From contig OZ037768.1 in assembly GCA_964035545.1 (NCBI GenBank), positions 15,731,875 to 15,795,874 of the forward strand: a stretch of 64,000 bases of DNA. The letters run 5' to 3'. The position numbers and the translations under genes are program-made. The notes under the pieces were generated by a model. It worked only from the letters and a program-made list of their open reading frames with translations, was not told the origin of the DNA and did no database searches. Within the stretch, counting starts at the first letter, position 1. Every line of letters starts with the position of its first letter. Source of the stretch: Bugula neritina (lineage: Eukaryota > Animalia > Bryozoa). Shown piece by piece: positions 39,781-54,655 of this stretch.

Positions 39781-42191
39781 GTAGCCGTAGGTGTACACAG
39801 AATCAGGTGGTTGATGTTGTTTTTAGTTTTTCCTTGCCCTTGTGACTATGTGAGTCTTACTCTTACTCTCATCATTATCACTACGGTTATGTTTTTATTC
39901 TTATGGCTTATTTATTGAGCTTGACGCTGAAACTTGATATAAAGTTTCTGGTAACAGCGTTGCGCTTCAAATTTCTGAGTTCATAGAGCTAGTGAAATTG
40001 AATAGAGTAAGAGTTGTACTTGTAGGTAGCTGTTAAATTTTTATCTGCTACTAGTAGTAGTGTTGCTGTTAAGTCTAAGTGGTAATAGTAATACTTACTA
40101 ATAGCAGTACTAATACAGATTTAATTTTAATTTTCAATTTGATTAAGTCATGATTATCAACAAGTCACATCATTTTTAGTTTGCACAACTTTCATCTTTA
40201 TTAAAGTTTGTTTTTTATTTATTTTCAGCCTAATGCAACTTGAAATTCATCTTTTTGTTGATCACAGAGTCACACTATTACTGTAACTATAAATATAGGT
40301 ATATGGTAATAATTATGTAGTATTTTCATAATGACAACGGTAATGTAATAGTCTTACATGTATTATTTTGATTTACTATCTCCCACATAAGGATTCAGAC
40401 CTCCCTTTAGTGCTATTTAGGCTCTTTGTTCCTAAACATACTTACTGGTCCAGTCTATGCAGTTTATAGTCGTTTCAACTTTGTAGTTCACATAAAATTG
40501 TATCATGTCAAAACCTGTGAATGTAGTTATGTTGATCATAATAATGAAAAGTAACTAGTGAGACCCCTCTGTGGAAGTAATCGTCATATTTATATTGTTT
40601 CCATATATCATATAACCACGTTTAAGCAATTGTCTGCTTTTTATGACTCATGCATACTTGACATCAGCTGCTTTCATCATAACCCTGCATCTGCTTCAAC
40701 ATGTATGTTCATTCAGTTTTGCTTGTCACAGTTAAAGTTGTAGCTAGTTCCCAACTAGATAGTTATTTCTAAACCGTCTAAAATGTTTTAGTTTCATAAA
40801 GTGAGCAATAAAACTGACTTCTAGAAGCTCAAATACCAGATTAATGCTGGCCTCACATGCTGAGTAATTCATTCATATTCTAAAAGAATGATTTGGTTGT
40901 ATCCCAATGCATGTGTCAGCTAATTGAGAGGCTGTAGCTTACTTGGTGCATATCACCTTTGACTTGCATGCAACTCAGTGCTTCTAATTAATTAAACTAA
41001 AATTAAAACAGACAAGGGCTAATTGTAGTGGTCTAAACATTTTTTGAAAAGAGGCAAAAATAAGCTAGCAATCTTGTGATATGTTGGCTATAGTTTTTAG
41101 ATTGTCCTAAATTTCTAATGATGATCATATGAATCAATTGATAGTATTTTTTTCAGTAATACTTGTACATGTTAAATGTATCTTGTCTGGATGATGTAAA
41201 TAGTTACTACAGATCTATCTATATTATCAAGTATTACTAATTGGACTGATTTGGGTAAATATCTGGTGTAAAGCTTCAAAACAGCCACTAACCTAATTGA
41301 TGGCAACTCCCTTGCTGAAACTCCTTTGGAGTGTGATTGATGTTTACTTGTGATTAGATTACAACAGTCGCACTAAAAGTAACACATTTCCATTGCATTA
41401 TACATTATAGTTTCTGTACATTCTTGTAAGATAAACTCAACATATAAGAAAATGCTGTCCCATTTCTCCTCTGTTGAAATTATTTGTTCAACAACATTTT
41501 TTAATGGTGACTTTTGTCTCAAGTCCCATCGTGGTTATCATGATAGCATGCACCATTGCTATTTACTATAACTCAACACTCATTTCTCTAAATAGCATTT
41601 TCTTGTACTAAGTGGCCACTTGCTGCAAAAATGTTAACTTCCATGCAACTTGAGTATCTAATTGATGGTTAGAAGCAACTGTTATTCTTAAGGAAGGTTA
41701 GCTTCCAATTATTTTCTAGAACCCAGGTTTAGCCACAACTTAACTGTTTTACTATAGATTCATGTTTGAGTAGTTCTACTGATAACCTGTCTGTCTTCAG
41801 TTGATTACCTATACTTTCTGCACTTAGCAATGCCCGACCCTGATTGGCTAAACAGTTTAGTGACTAGTATCACTCTCCAGTGAGCCCTTTGCAATACTTC
41901 ATGTAACTAGTACCTGGCAAAAGTACACCTTTATTTGATGGGAAAGCTTTTCAAAAAACAAAACATTGTGTCTAATAATGCTATCATTTGGCTGTTTACC
42001 ATCACATCAGGCAGTATCTCTACTGTTTGTAGGCATTCCATGTGTCAAGAAACTAGTCACCAATATTGTTCGGGTTAGCACATTGCCCTGCATCATATAG
42101 TATGACTCACTCAGAGGAGCATTGGATTTATCCTTCCTCAATTGAACAACTTTCTGCTGAAGTTCAAAGAAGACGGCCTGAAAGACATGTA

Positions 42192-45100
42192 ATGGAGCGA
42201 AATAAATCCTACGCCCTCACTGGCCTTGCTGGTGGTATTCTGTGTGGGTTTATTCTATGCTTGTGGATAAAACCATTCTTTTTGTGTACAGAAGAGGACT
42301 GCTGTCTTACTCAACGACTTAGAGCTGAAATGAAAAATGAAATCAGTTGGCACAACAAGTTACACTCTCAGTCAATAAATGCAGTGAACAAGAAGCAGGT
42401 AAGTGTGCATCTGTTTTGTTTGCAAAAGTAGCAGTTGCCATGAAGTTGCCCTGACTAGGTATGATGGATCTGTACTAGAGTGCATATCCATCACAGTGCA
42501 TGTCATCACATATCCAAGTAATATAGGGTTACTTGATTGTGTCACTTCATAGCTGTGTGTAACAAGACATGGGGTGCAGCATATCATGATGACTCATCAC
42601 CTCAACCACGAAGCTGTGGTGACAGCAAGCTACTGTTTACTTTCAAGATAGTAAAGTTTTACTTTGTGTAAACAGGGAAAGCTGTTACTAAGTGCAAAGC
42701 TCTCGCCATGCTGCTACTACTAGGCTCAGCTTTGTTCTATTTAGTGGAAAAGTGCATCATTATATTATAGTACTTGTTCCATAACTATTGACTGAATTTA
42801 GAATACATAGCCAAAAAAATTAATGTAATATTTGAATAAAAAAAATTTACAACAGCGTCAAATTTGTCAGAAGTGACTTGGCTTGTTGAATGGTGATAAA
42901 TTTTTAAACAAGGTAAAGAATGTTTGCTTCCAGTTTAGTTTCGTAGCCAACTCATCTCAAGTTGGGTTCACTCATTTAGTAAATTGAATATTTGCATAAT
43001 TTGTATTGGGATTGAGGCCCAGGTGTACAGGAGTAACCCTTAGGCTTGTAAGATAGTTTAATACACCTTGCGATTAAAATGCACACTATTATATGGTTTG
43101 AGCTTACATTTTGTTTAGATGTTTTAAACTATAAAGTATGCTGACCATAGAATCATCACCGAGGAGCAGTAGTAGATAAATTGAGATAGCCTAAGTTTTT
43201 TCAATTTTGTTATTTAATTTGATTTGGGTCGTGAGTTGAAATTCTCTCGTGAACATATGGGCTGATATTGCCAACTCAAGTCTGGTTTGGAGATTGTGTA
43301 TTGGCTGCTAACACTTCCGGACTGCTGCAGGTGTTGTGGCAGATTGCTCTGCTCTTTGGTAGTCTGTATGGTTAGAAACCTCAGTTTATATCTCATTGAC
43401 TAGAGTCTTGAGCCTGCATATGCAGTCGTATTTATATACGAATAAACTACTTGGCACTATTTTCATTAAATTTCTATGATAATAAACATATTCATTGTGA
43501 ATCTGTTTCTACTTCCCCATTTCAGTTCTGCAAATAAACATCTAATATCTGGTTGAAATTTCCATCCTGTCTGTTGAGATGTCATCTTTGCTCCTATTAA
43601 TGGTTTTGACAGGTGTTGATAGGTGTTATGACTGCAGCCAAGTTTATAGACAATCGTGCTTTGGCAGTTTGGCAGACGTGGGCCAAGAATATCAACGGTG
43701 ACGTAATATTTTTCTCTGGTGAAGGTTCTGCATCAAGGTTGGTTGGTTTAATTCAAACCTCGTTAAATATAGCATACAGGTTAGAACACTTACCTTAGGT
43801 GACTTTCTATGTGTCTAGTCTTCTTTCTTATCAAACCCGCAGCCCTTTTGTCAAAACTATCTGTTATTTTACCCCCTGTTCACACATTGTCATACTGTAC
43901 ATAACATCACCAACAAAAGTAACAGCACCAACAAAATGGGGCAGCTGTTACGTTTTGTCAACAGGTGAAATCTAACTCTACTAATTGCTATTTGATGCCC
44001 TTTGAAAACGTAGTGAATTAGTAAAGTATGACCCGTAAAAGCATAATTGAGAAGGCGTAGGCGATTTAATTATCAACATGTAAGTACGTCATCTAATCGC
44101 CAAAGTCACAACTAAATAACGATGTTTACAGAGTTATTACTTCTTTTGAGTATTATTCTGAAATCATCGGATTAAGTTATCACAATACAATAATTTTTAC
44201 TAGTGGCTTTTACAACTCTAATTTCTGACTGAAAATCGTAAAGGTATAAATGCAACTTAAAAAAATTTATTTATACACAAATAGATATAAAATTGGAATT
44301 AATGTATGTTAGTTATATTTTAAGTCAAGATTAAGACAAATAAGATTCCCTTCTAAAAATATCCATAAAAATTCTTTGTCTGGCAGTCTATTTCACTTGA
44401 CAGAGTTGAAGTCATTTTTTCAGAAAGTCTAGAAAATTGAGAGATACTCGTGCTAGTAGTTAGTACCATATCTATCAACCACCCTGCCAAAGCTAATTGT
44501 TTTATTATCAAATACCAGGACTAGGTATAGGTGTGAAAGGTGTGAAAGTTGTGTTTGTTTAGCAACTGAAAATAGTATCAATGGTTCTAAAGCTGTATGA
44601 CATTTCTGCCTAGCAAAAATGTAACTATATCATCAAACATTCAAACAACCACAGTCAGTGTTGAGAAAATATATATTCTCTTAATATTGCTGAAAGCATG
44701 TTAAGTAACTTGAAAGTTCTATTTTCATAATCAGCAGCCATTGATTAAACAGAAGAAATAAAGACACATCGTAGTTGGATGATATAATTAATTTCATTCT
44801 TGATTTGAACACTGTGGCAAGCATTAGATTCTACTTTTGCTTTGTTGGAAGAAAAATAATTTTCTGAAACTTTGAAACAGAAACAAAAATTATCAGTAGT
44901 TGCCTTAACCCTTACGCGATCAATGGACCATATATGTCCCTGAAATCGACACTATCCACAGATCAATGGACCATATATGGTCTTTTAGGTAAACAAACAA
45001 TAGCGCTTACTTTAAACTTTCAGTTTTCAACTGAAAAGCCTAAAACTTTTTGTAATTGAGGTTGATAGGACAGCTTAGTAATTTTGAAATAATTAGAGCC

Positions 45101-48100
45101 ATTAAATTTGATTAAATTATTAGCTACCAAGCCAGCTAGTTGCTTTTCAATTTAATCCCTAAATTTCAAAATTGTCGGTAAATTTTAACGCTACTTTCAA
45201 ATGCATAAAACTGCTGTCAAATTATAGAGAGCCAGTTTATTTTATTCAGATTACATTTAGACGAACATCTAAATAAACAGAAATGTTAAATTCACTATAT
45301 TTTGAATCATATTATAAATTAATTTTATCATTTTAAATTTTCAATTTTAAAATGGCAGTTTTGAGAGGCAAATTAAAATGACTGATTTTAGCTAGAATTG
45401 AGGTCTTCCATCACTTTAAGAAGCTTTTTATAAAAGAAATATACTCTTAAAATTATATTATCCAGTTTAAGTAAGGCCAAAATCAAGTGTAACTTTTTAA
45501 TAATGAAATTTAAAGTTATGCAAAATTTGTTAGCAAATTTCGCGATAAACTCAAACGAGGCTTGAAATTACGCAACTTCAAAGTTGATCGCCAAAGGGTT
45601 AAAATTGTCCTAATTTTGTAGCCATGGTATTCCATTGGTGGCTCTGCCTGGAGTCACTGATGTGTATCCTCCACAGAAGAAGTCATTCATGATGATGAAG
45701 TACTTGCATGATTATGGTGAGTCCATCAGTTTTAAGTACTCCCCACCCCCAACCAACACTGTGTTGTGTTAATCCAGCTTGTAATTTCTATTGAAAGGTA
45801 TTCTGGTCACTACAACATTCTTTTTGTTTCCTTACTTCATTCCGTGCTTCATTAATAACTGCTGTTGTTATATTATCCTATACTTTCTCACAAGCAGTCT
45901 TCTGGTTGGGTTATTGTGACATTATAGTCTACAGTCCACGACTTCACTTGGGTATAATCTAATGTCTCATCATCTCTTTTGCAACTGTTCTTACACTAAG
46001 TTTCCCTCTCCCCCTCTCTCTCATTTTCTGTTTGTCTTGATATTCCTGCTTCATTGGCTATAACCTTTGTTCACTAATGTCAAACCCCTTATCTCTTGAC
46101 AGATTTCATACATTTTTTACATTCCTCCAAGCTGTAAGTAACAGCCCTGGTGTCTTGTTTTAATACTTTCTGCTTAGTTGTTCCAGTAACAGGTTGATGA
46201 CCCTAGGGCCTAGGCTTTCTGGTCCTCCACATTCTTGCTGCCAATAAATCATGTCTAGTTTTGTTCTTTATACTGTAATTCATAGCAATCTAAACTGTTA
46301 ATTTTTTTCTGATTCAATAGAAATATTGCTAATATCCATACACAACTATTTTAATAATTGGTTTAATAAGTAGATTAGGGGTAAGCAAAATAACTAGTTA
46401 ATATGAAGGTATATTGTAGGCTTTTGGAATATTTAATTTTAAAATTATAAGTTTAGAACAGGCTAATGCTTTTTAGGAAGTAAAATTACCAACACTTTGC
46501 AGCATGAAACCTTTGTGATTGTTTCTAATAAAATAGTTTAGACTTTAGAGTGTAGGTATACCAGAGGGGGAGACCTGGTTCACGCCATGGAAGCTTCTAC
46601 CAAAACCGTATCAATAGGAAAACATGTTTTGAAATAAAAAAGGACGCAACTAATTTGCACTATACATAATATTACAGAGTTGAATATGTGTTGCCAGTGA
46701 AACAATTACATGGTAAATGAGTACTCAGACAGCATTAAGTTTCTGGAATCTTGGGAACTTCTTTGTTAGTTCTTTAACAGTTCTTTTCTTACTGACAAAT
46801 AAGTTTTCTTTTCTAGCTTTGCCAGTCTTAGTTAGGTAGTTACCACAATGTGCATATATAAACTAGTCCTGCATTAACTTTCACTAGCAACATCAAGTAG
46901 TTTCAATGATGACACAGTAGCTTCATTCATAAACTGCCTTGTGGATATTTTCAGACAACAAAGAGCGATTGTCTAACTAAAGTATATTTCTAATTACTTA
47001 TCTACATAATATTCACACAGCACAATTAATTGCATTTGTGTCACCTCTTCAGATATGAGCTCTAGAAATGCAGTGCCTAACTGTACCCCTATATCAGATA
47101 GGTTTCCATGTAGCTACTATATCAGATAGGTTTCCATGTAGCTACTATATCAGAATTTGGCCATGTTGTCCCTAAAAAACACATACATCAGATACAAAAT
47201 GGAAGTCCACGCCCTTCTGGTGACCTATGGAACTGGAACCATAAGATATAGACAGAGCAGTGTATATATAAATTGAAATGTTTATGTCTTGTGCTATTAT
47301 AATAAAATAGAATATTTTAACACATTATATATAAGCCTGCACGAGTGTTATATATATTTAACAGGGATAGACAAATACAGATATTTTATGAGAGTAGATG
47401 ATGATGTCTACGTGAATGGAGATAAACTTGATGCGTTTCTCAACTCCCTGAATTATAGCCAGGCTTTGTATATAGGTAATGGCTTCTCTTACACATGTCA
47501 CCCATCACGTGTGACTACTTGTACACTCCTCATATACCCACATATGGCTTCAAGATGCATAACTGGTCACTCATTACAATTACTTGCCAAAAAGTAAAAT
47601 AATTGTTAAATTCTAATGATTATTACTTCCAGAACACTGGACCAAATGTGTATAACCCTCCAATTTATGCACAGCTGCCCAATTAATCTCATGGACTCAC
47701 TTTGTTTTCACTCACTACTCTTTTGTCTACGCTGCCAATGATTATGCTATTCACCGTTTGAATGCTGACAAAACTTTTTCAAGGTTTTACTAATAGACTA
47801 CAATATTTTGGTATGCTGTGAAATAGTGTCTAATCAATCAGCAAGGTTAGAGTAAAGTACTGCATAGCTCAAGTTCCAATAGCTGGATGGTGTTGAAGTA
47901 GAGGTGCACAGTCTAGAGAGTGTAAGCACAAAATGCTTCTAACCTCAACACAATAGCATGTGTGTGACTTGCCTATTTTTCTCAACTCAATCATGTCACT
48001 AACACCAGTTACTGTAATTCAATAACAATTGTATAGTTATCCCCCTGCTTCAAACCAACATAGGGGCAGATAAATCCACAAGTAAAATAAACACCATGTT

Positions 48101-51100
48101 GATTTCTACTGTAAAGGTGATTTTCTTCTATGGTAGTAATATCAAGCACTGTATCACAAAATTGTAGAAGTATAGTAATCTAGTAAAGGCAAAAGTTGGC
48201 ATCCATTTTCCCATACTATCTCATAAATGTGATTATTATAAGATATTGAATTACTATTCAATAATTTCATGTATGAGTTAATCAAATTTCCCCTTCAGTT
48301 TGGTGTGAATGTGGCTGGTAGGTAATAAACTTAAATATTTTGGTTTATAATCTTCATAATTTTTTCTACGTTTCTAATGCAGACAAAAAACTTGATTCAA
48401 TTACAATGTCAATTATGAATATGTTATAGCTTATACTTTCTTATCTCTATCTACAGTGAGTTAGACACACAATATATCAGACATATGATATACCCTAAAC
48501 TAATTTATTGGGCCAGGGTAGAAGAGGATCACTTTCAATCGTGGAATTCAAAGAATGCTGATCAGAGTGGCAGAAAATGTTATTTATCTTACCAACTGAT
48601 TAAACTCTTGTTTAAGGGTGATCAGTGCTGCACACAGCACCTCACTTATATGTATCAAACTGGTTCTCGCTTTTTCACTGTTGCATGCATTACATTGCTC
48701 CCTGCTTCCTGCAGGTCAAGCTGGGACAGGCAAGAAAGAAGAAGTGGCTGAGCTGTCCCTCAACCCAGATGAGAACTTCTGTATGGGTGGTCCTGGTGTG
48801 GTGGTGACTGGGGAGACATTGAGGAGGGTAATCCCCCACATCAGTTACTGTCTGCAGCATCTCCTCTCCACACACGAGGACATCGAACTTGGCAGATGCA
48901 TCAGAATGTTTGCAGGAATCCCTTGCACTTGGAATTATGAGGTAAACTCTATAACTTACTAGTTTGTGCTTTATGTCCGACTTTATCACATTTTGTTAAA
49001 AATATTTCGGCCTTCACACATGCTATCTTGTGCAATACTGGCTCAGTTCAATTTAGAAATTGTCATCTCATTATTTTGGGTAATTTTCAACTATTTTTTC
49101 TATTATACTGTTTGTGTTTACCAAAACTTACTAGCAGGGGAAGGGTTGGTTTGCAAACAGCTATTGATCAGTTTTATAGCTCAAATTGCTTTCTGCTGCA
49201 TCTATCCAGTTATATGGTTCATCAAGTTTGATGTTTCAAAACCTCTACACCCCATTGTCTTGTGGTGTTTTATAGCCTTAGCTATTTACAGGGCACATTG
49301 TGAATATAATTGTGTAGAATCCTGCAGGTATTTCATTTCCAGCATTCTGTAATTTAATAGTAATTCTGCTGTAATAAAATATAACTTGGGCTGCTAAAAC
49401 TTGACCATATGCAGTGTTCTTTGAGATACCTGTTTTCGAATGTAAATTAAGTTACTAACTATAGAAATATTCAATGTAAATGCTCTTACTTTTCACTATG
49501 AAGAGCTTTTCTTTCACTGGCTATCAAACATAAAATTTCACACACATATCCAAATTGATTCAGTCGCATTTTCATGCTGCTAAATATTTGGTGTGAAATA
49601 ATTGCCACTTCAACTGTGAAATGGTATACAAGGAAGAAGTTACTTAGGATAATAGCCAATGTGATGAAATTTGCCTAAAGGACTGAAATTTATAATTATA
49701 TTGGAAATTATAAAAAATTATGCTACAACGAGTGACTGCTATTCAACATGTAGGCTTTATAAAAATATTAACAATATAAAGCGTGGAATTGAAATATAGG
49801 TTAATATACCAACTCCTATTACTGCTAGAGTTTTTGTTGGTAATATTCATATTTATGTACCCATGTCAAACTGTAAAGAGCTTTTTATGTTTTTATAAAC
49901 AACATTGGTTGAGATATATACTCCTAAATGTTTTACAATGTATTTATATCACGTATAATATTGAGATATTACCTCATCATTTGTACCATTTGTGGAAAAA
50001 AGTAAACAACAATACATACACACAGAGATTATTTCCAACTTGTACAGCAGTTGTATATACACTATATATTGCCCACAATGACTGTACAATATTTTGTAAA
50101 ACAATCAGTTTGTAACAACATTTGTTGTGTTCAGATGCAGGTGCTGTTTTATCACAGTTATACGCATGCTACAAACTCCCATGTCTTTCCACATGATCTC
50201 ACAGGACCTGAATTAGACCGAGCTATAACACTGCATCCCATTAAAGTGCCCTCAGTGATGTACCACGTAAGCCAGTATATCCTATGTCTTTTCTGCTTAT
50301 AGTGCTTTTGGTGAATCACAAATATAGACCCAAGCTAGTGTTGAAATGAACATATTTTTGATAGACATCATAATTTGAAATAATGTGGATATAGAAACAA
50401 CAAAAGCTTGCTATCACTCGACTGTTGAAGTAACGAAGTTAACTTTACTGATGTGTAGCCTGTGAATAGACCAACTAGGCCCCTCCAGTGTAAACAGGCT
50501 AACTAGACCCCCCCCCCCCCTTCTCTTCTTCAAACAGGCTAACCTGACTTGGTAAATGTAAAAATAAATAAATAAGTTTGTGCTATGCTATGTTTAAAAC
50601 AGCAAATATCTTGTTTGCTTTTATAATGTATTATATACAAGTTATTATTAACCTTTAGGTTCACAATGAAATTCTGATAAGAAAAAGAGCCAAGTTAGAG
50701 CTACAGAAGATTGAGTTAAAAAGAGAAATAACAGAACTGGATACTTTCCTTGGTAATCAATGTTTTTATTTACTTGCCCTAACTATAGATGTATTTCAAC
50801 ATTGATTTCATTTTAACTTGTGTGGAAATTGGTTATACACATAACCTGGCTAACATCAACATTGACTTCAACTGTAACCCCCTATTCACACTTACCGTAT
50901 CGTACACCGTAACAGCAAATATCAGCCATTTTTACAAACTCCTATTTGACAGAAAAACTTTTGCGTTAATTCATTGGATATAATTGTCCAATGAAGTGTC
51001 ATAGATCGTACCTAATAGCGGACTTTGAAAACTTCAGCCCGGGCACATTAAAAATGGCTGATATTTGCTGTTACGGCGTACAATACGGTAAGTGTGAATA

Positions 51101-52445
51101 GGGGGTTAAGCATGTTGTATATTCACAGAAAAAAAGAGAAAACTCTATTTGTTTTCAAGTTATAAACAAATTTGTGATTTATGATACCTTTGGTTAATAT
51201 CGGCACATTTCAAAGTTTACTATTCATTTATTGCTTTCTGCTAATCAGTGTTGGTGGAATAATTTCCCGTTAACAGACTCACCAAAAGAAGGCTTAGACA
51301 AAGTGCAAGCATCTGTGGAACCGAGTGACTTTGACTTCTTGCCATGGGTTTTCATCACAAGCAAGAGCCAAATAGCCCACAACATGTTTAGTGTCAAGAG
51401 AAACCATGAAAGATCATGGAAGCAGGTTTTAGACAGAGCTTTAGACTTGGCAGTTAACCAGCTGAATGAAAATGCCATGTCTGATGGAAGACTACTAGAT
51501 CAGCCTGAAATAGTATACGGTTATCGGAGGTTTCATCCACTCAGTGGCATTCAACTCAAGTTAAATGTAAAGTTTCGCTGCTTGAAATTTCATGGAAAAT
51601 CTTCTAAATCGTACATATCAAAATATATAGAGCTGGGAGCCCATCTAAGCTCCCCTGAAATTAGAAAAGTCGCTTTGAAAAGTAATGACATTGTCCACCT
51701 AATCTTACCATTGAGTGGGAAATTAAAAGAGTTTAAAAGATTTCTTTCCCAGTTTGAAGAAGTTTGTAAAAGCAAGGACTCTTGTGTGTTATTACTGGTT
51801 TTATACAAGAGTTCATCGTACCTTGAAACTATCACCAGCGTCAGTCAAAGCTTGTTAAAACACAAGATACGAATTTTGCGAGTTCACGGGACCTTTAACA
51901 GAGCTGTTGCTCTGCATAATGGTGTCATGGCTGTTGATGACACTGAGCTGGTGATGTTTGTTGATGTTGACATACATCTCAATGTTGCCGCTCTTCTCAG
52001 AGTCAAGGCAAATACTAGACTCAGATCTCAGGCTTATTTTCCTATCGTTTTCAATCAATACGACAGCAAGCTTACATGTGGAGCTAACTCCTGTCCTGTA
52101 GATAACCAGACCCCTGAAGATGGTAATTTCAGGTTCTTTGGGTTTGGTATAGCATCTATGTATAAAGCTGATTATGTGTCAAGTGGCGGGTTTGATTTAA
52201 ACATACGGGGCTGGGGCAAGGAAGATGTGGACTTGTACAGTAAAATGTTGAAGACGAATACAACTGTATTCAGAGCTGCTGACCCTGGGATAGTACATAT
52301 CTATCATCCTAAAATATGTGACTCAACTCTCAATGCTGAGCAAACAGTCATGTGTGTAAATAGTAAGGCAGCATCATTTGCATCTCAGCATAAACTAGCT
52401 CAACTTTATTTCAACTCTAGACACAAAAGCAACTTGACGCTATAG
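42192..52445 (+). CDS. CHSY1: Chondroitin sulfate synthase 1-like glycosyltransferase (~719 aa, 8 coding exons)
   Basis: Exons 42192-42398 (type II anchor ALTGLAGGILCGFILCLW; in-frame upstream ATG at 42102), 43613-43737 (IGVMTA..VWQTWAK), 45622-45716 (YPPQKKSFMM), 47365-47475 (FMRVDDDVY), 48715-48941 (FCMGGPG..THEDIELGRC), 50135-50266, 50659-50752, 51277-52445 (FVDVD, YFPIVF, GGFDLNIRGWGKEDVDLY). All phases join. Paralog assignment (CHSY1 vs CHSY3) is nominal for an invertebrate. Confidence 0.93.
44909..45598. mobile_element. piggyBac-type MITE
   Basis: TTAA on both sides (44905-08, 45599-602); TIRs CCCTTACGCGATCAA / TTGATCGCCAAAGGG (13/15); subterminal direct repeat GATCAATGGACCATATATG x2. 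Confidence 0.85.
47089..47153. repeat. 28-bp tandem duplication
   Basis: TATATCAGATAGGTTTCCATGTAGCTAC x2 plus a partial copy. Confidence 0.8.
50876..51107. mobile_element. ~230-bp MITE with ~60-bp TIRs (Harbinger-like termini)
   Basis: CCCCCTATTCACACTTACCGTATCGTACACCGTAACAGCAAATATCAGCCATTTTTA is mirrored with ~2 mismatches at ~51049-51105; TAA/TTA flanks (TSD ambiguous). Confidence 0.85.
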
Positions 52446-52699
52446 CTAGACTAGGTCTTTTTTATTTTACAATTGCAATCTCTGTTCTTATTTACTCAGT
52501 ATTATTTTAATAGGGCTGAAGTTGAAGACAATTTTTTTTGTTATTTTACTTTAATTTGTTTTTAGTCTTGTATTATTTTAACATCTTTTTAATGACAGCT
52601 ATAGCTCTCAGGTACTGCTACTAACCAATTTAATTTCACTGTTTGTGTAAATCTGAAAACTAATGAATGATTGTACCACATGCCAACTGGAACACATTT

Positions 52700-54340
52700 C
52701 GTGATTACATACTTTGCAGTGAATATGATTACTACTTCTCTGCTTCACTGAGAGAAAAGTGCTTGTTCCGTAGAGCTGCTCTGGTTAGCTGGGGAGATTG
52801 TGTTATCTATAATAATGTTCATTACATCTTTTGTTTTTTACATCCAATTGCCTGTGCCCATGCTGTATCTCACTCAGCTGAAAGTGTTGCATCATGCTCT
52901 TTATGAGAGAAGAAAAATGTTTATTCCTTCTTTTTGTTTTCTCACTGGTTCTCTAAGAAATTTTAAATGACTCAAGCTATGAGGATGACAGAACAGCAAC
53001 AGTTAAATGCACTCACTGGTTAACCTCAAAAGGTGATAACTTCCTCCTGGTCTCTGAAAGATACACTGGGTTGGATGGAGACTGCGTAATTTTATTTTTC
53101 ATAAGGGCATCAATTGGGATCAAAATACAATTACTGAGAGAACTTGGTATGAGAGTGTCTTCAATAATTTTAAATAAATTTTTGAGAAGCAATACCCGAT
53201 ACACTCTGCAGTCAGTAAATAAAAAATGTCCTTGGTGTTTTGACTAAAACTTCAACACTTTAGTCAGAAGTACTATTTATAAATGACACATCACACGTAG
53301 AAGACAGTCCTAAATTCAATTTTGCATTTGACAAATATCTGATTAAATTTCAGTGCTATCAGTCTATAGAGAAACCTTTTTCATTTAGTCTCAATAAAAT
53401 GAGGAAATGTGTATATTCTACAAAAAGCCTACTTACCGTATTATTTAGAAGATAGAATATTTTACTGTAATTGCTTTTTCAGAATGAAAACATTTCTTGC
53501 TGTTTCATGATTAATTTGTTGGTACAGGCTCTGTTCACCTGGATTTATTTCTCTAAGCCATCTCAGCGTAATTCCTGCCAAATTAATGGTGCTTGTTCCC
53601 GTAGCTCTATAATCTTTATGGGTTGCATGCCCTTGTTTGATTTCTTATATATACAATAAATACAATATTCAATGACTATAATATATTCAAAAAATTACAA
53701 TGGTCTGGAAAATTCATATCTCAGTTTACTAGCACTACTTCAGTACTTCTGGCTGTAATTAGCAACATTAAAAAATATTTGATTATTCATTTGTGATAAA
53801 AGCTAGTACTGTAGGTATCAAACTATTATAATTTATAGACTGTGAAAAATTGTCAGTTTGTTGTAGGCTATATCGTAAAAATGTATTTCAAATGGTGGCT
53901 CTCTAAAGCAACTCTGAGAACAGCTTTACATGGGAAACATCGAGCACTGCTTTTACTCAGCAACTCGAGGCATGAAATATTTATAAAATTTATTTGCTTT
54001 TGTTTTTTAGGCATTACACTATTTTTCTTAGCAATTTTAAGTCTAAAAGTTTCAGTTTTAAGAACTAGTTAAATTGCTACTGAGTGTAATGTCAAGTCAT
54101 TTACATTTACAAGAACTGCTCGAGCCAGGCCAGGGTCAAATCGGGGTATAGCTCATAGCTCTGCCATCACGATAGATGTGATAGTAAAGGGCATCATTGA
54201 AGGCACACCATAGAGTTTGTAAACCTCTGCATGAAAGCAAAACCAGAAATATGTGTTGGACAGAAATCAAGAGACGGAGTATCTACTACCAGTAGGAAAG
54301 GGTAAAGTCATATTCATAAGGACGTGCAACTATTCTATAG
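52700..54340 (-). pseudogene. Possible decayed multi-exon gene remnant of unknown identity
   Basis: Minus-strand blocks bounded by AG/GT, e.g. 53205-53017 (open) and ~54226-54111 (EVYKLYGVPSMMPFTITSIVMAEL*AIPRFDPGLARAVL, internal TGA); no family recognised. Confidence 0.3.
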
Positions 54341-54655
54341 AAAAGAAAGCTCTACTTAGAATTACACAGTTCAAACCCATTCATTAAGAACAGTGATGTC
54401 ATAAAATGATGAACTGCACACATAAAGTCAAGAATTAATTGGGCAAACACACATATGAGCGGGAAATTTGCTGAATAATTCATTATTCTATTTTATAGTT
54501 TCAATAATGCGGGTTTATTTCATCATGTATTTTTACTGCTCAATGATAGATTCTGCAAATAGTATTTAAATTCTATAGCACTATAAATGAGGAATACAAA
54601 TTCACAAAACTTGAATTGATATAAAATAGTGCTTTAACATTATAGAATTAAATAT

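Noticed and set aside
43871-43886. Terminus ACCCCCTGTTCACAC similar to the 50876 MITE
   Set aside because: No convincing partner TIR found.
46553-47228. Degenerate inverted termini TAGGT..ACCAGA.GGG
   Set aside because: Short, gapped match and no TSD.
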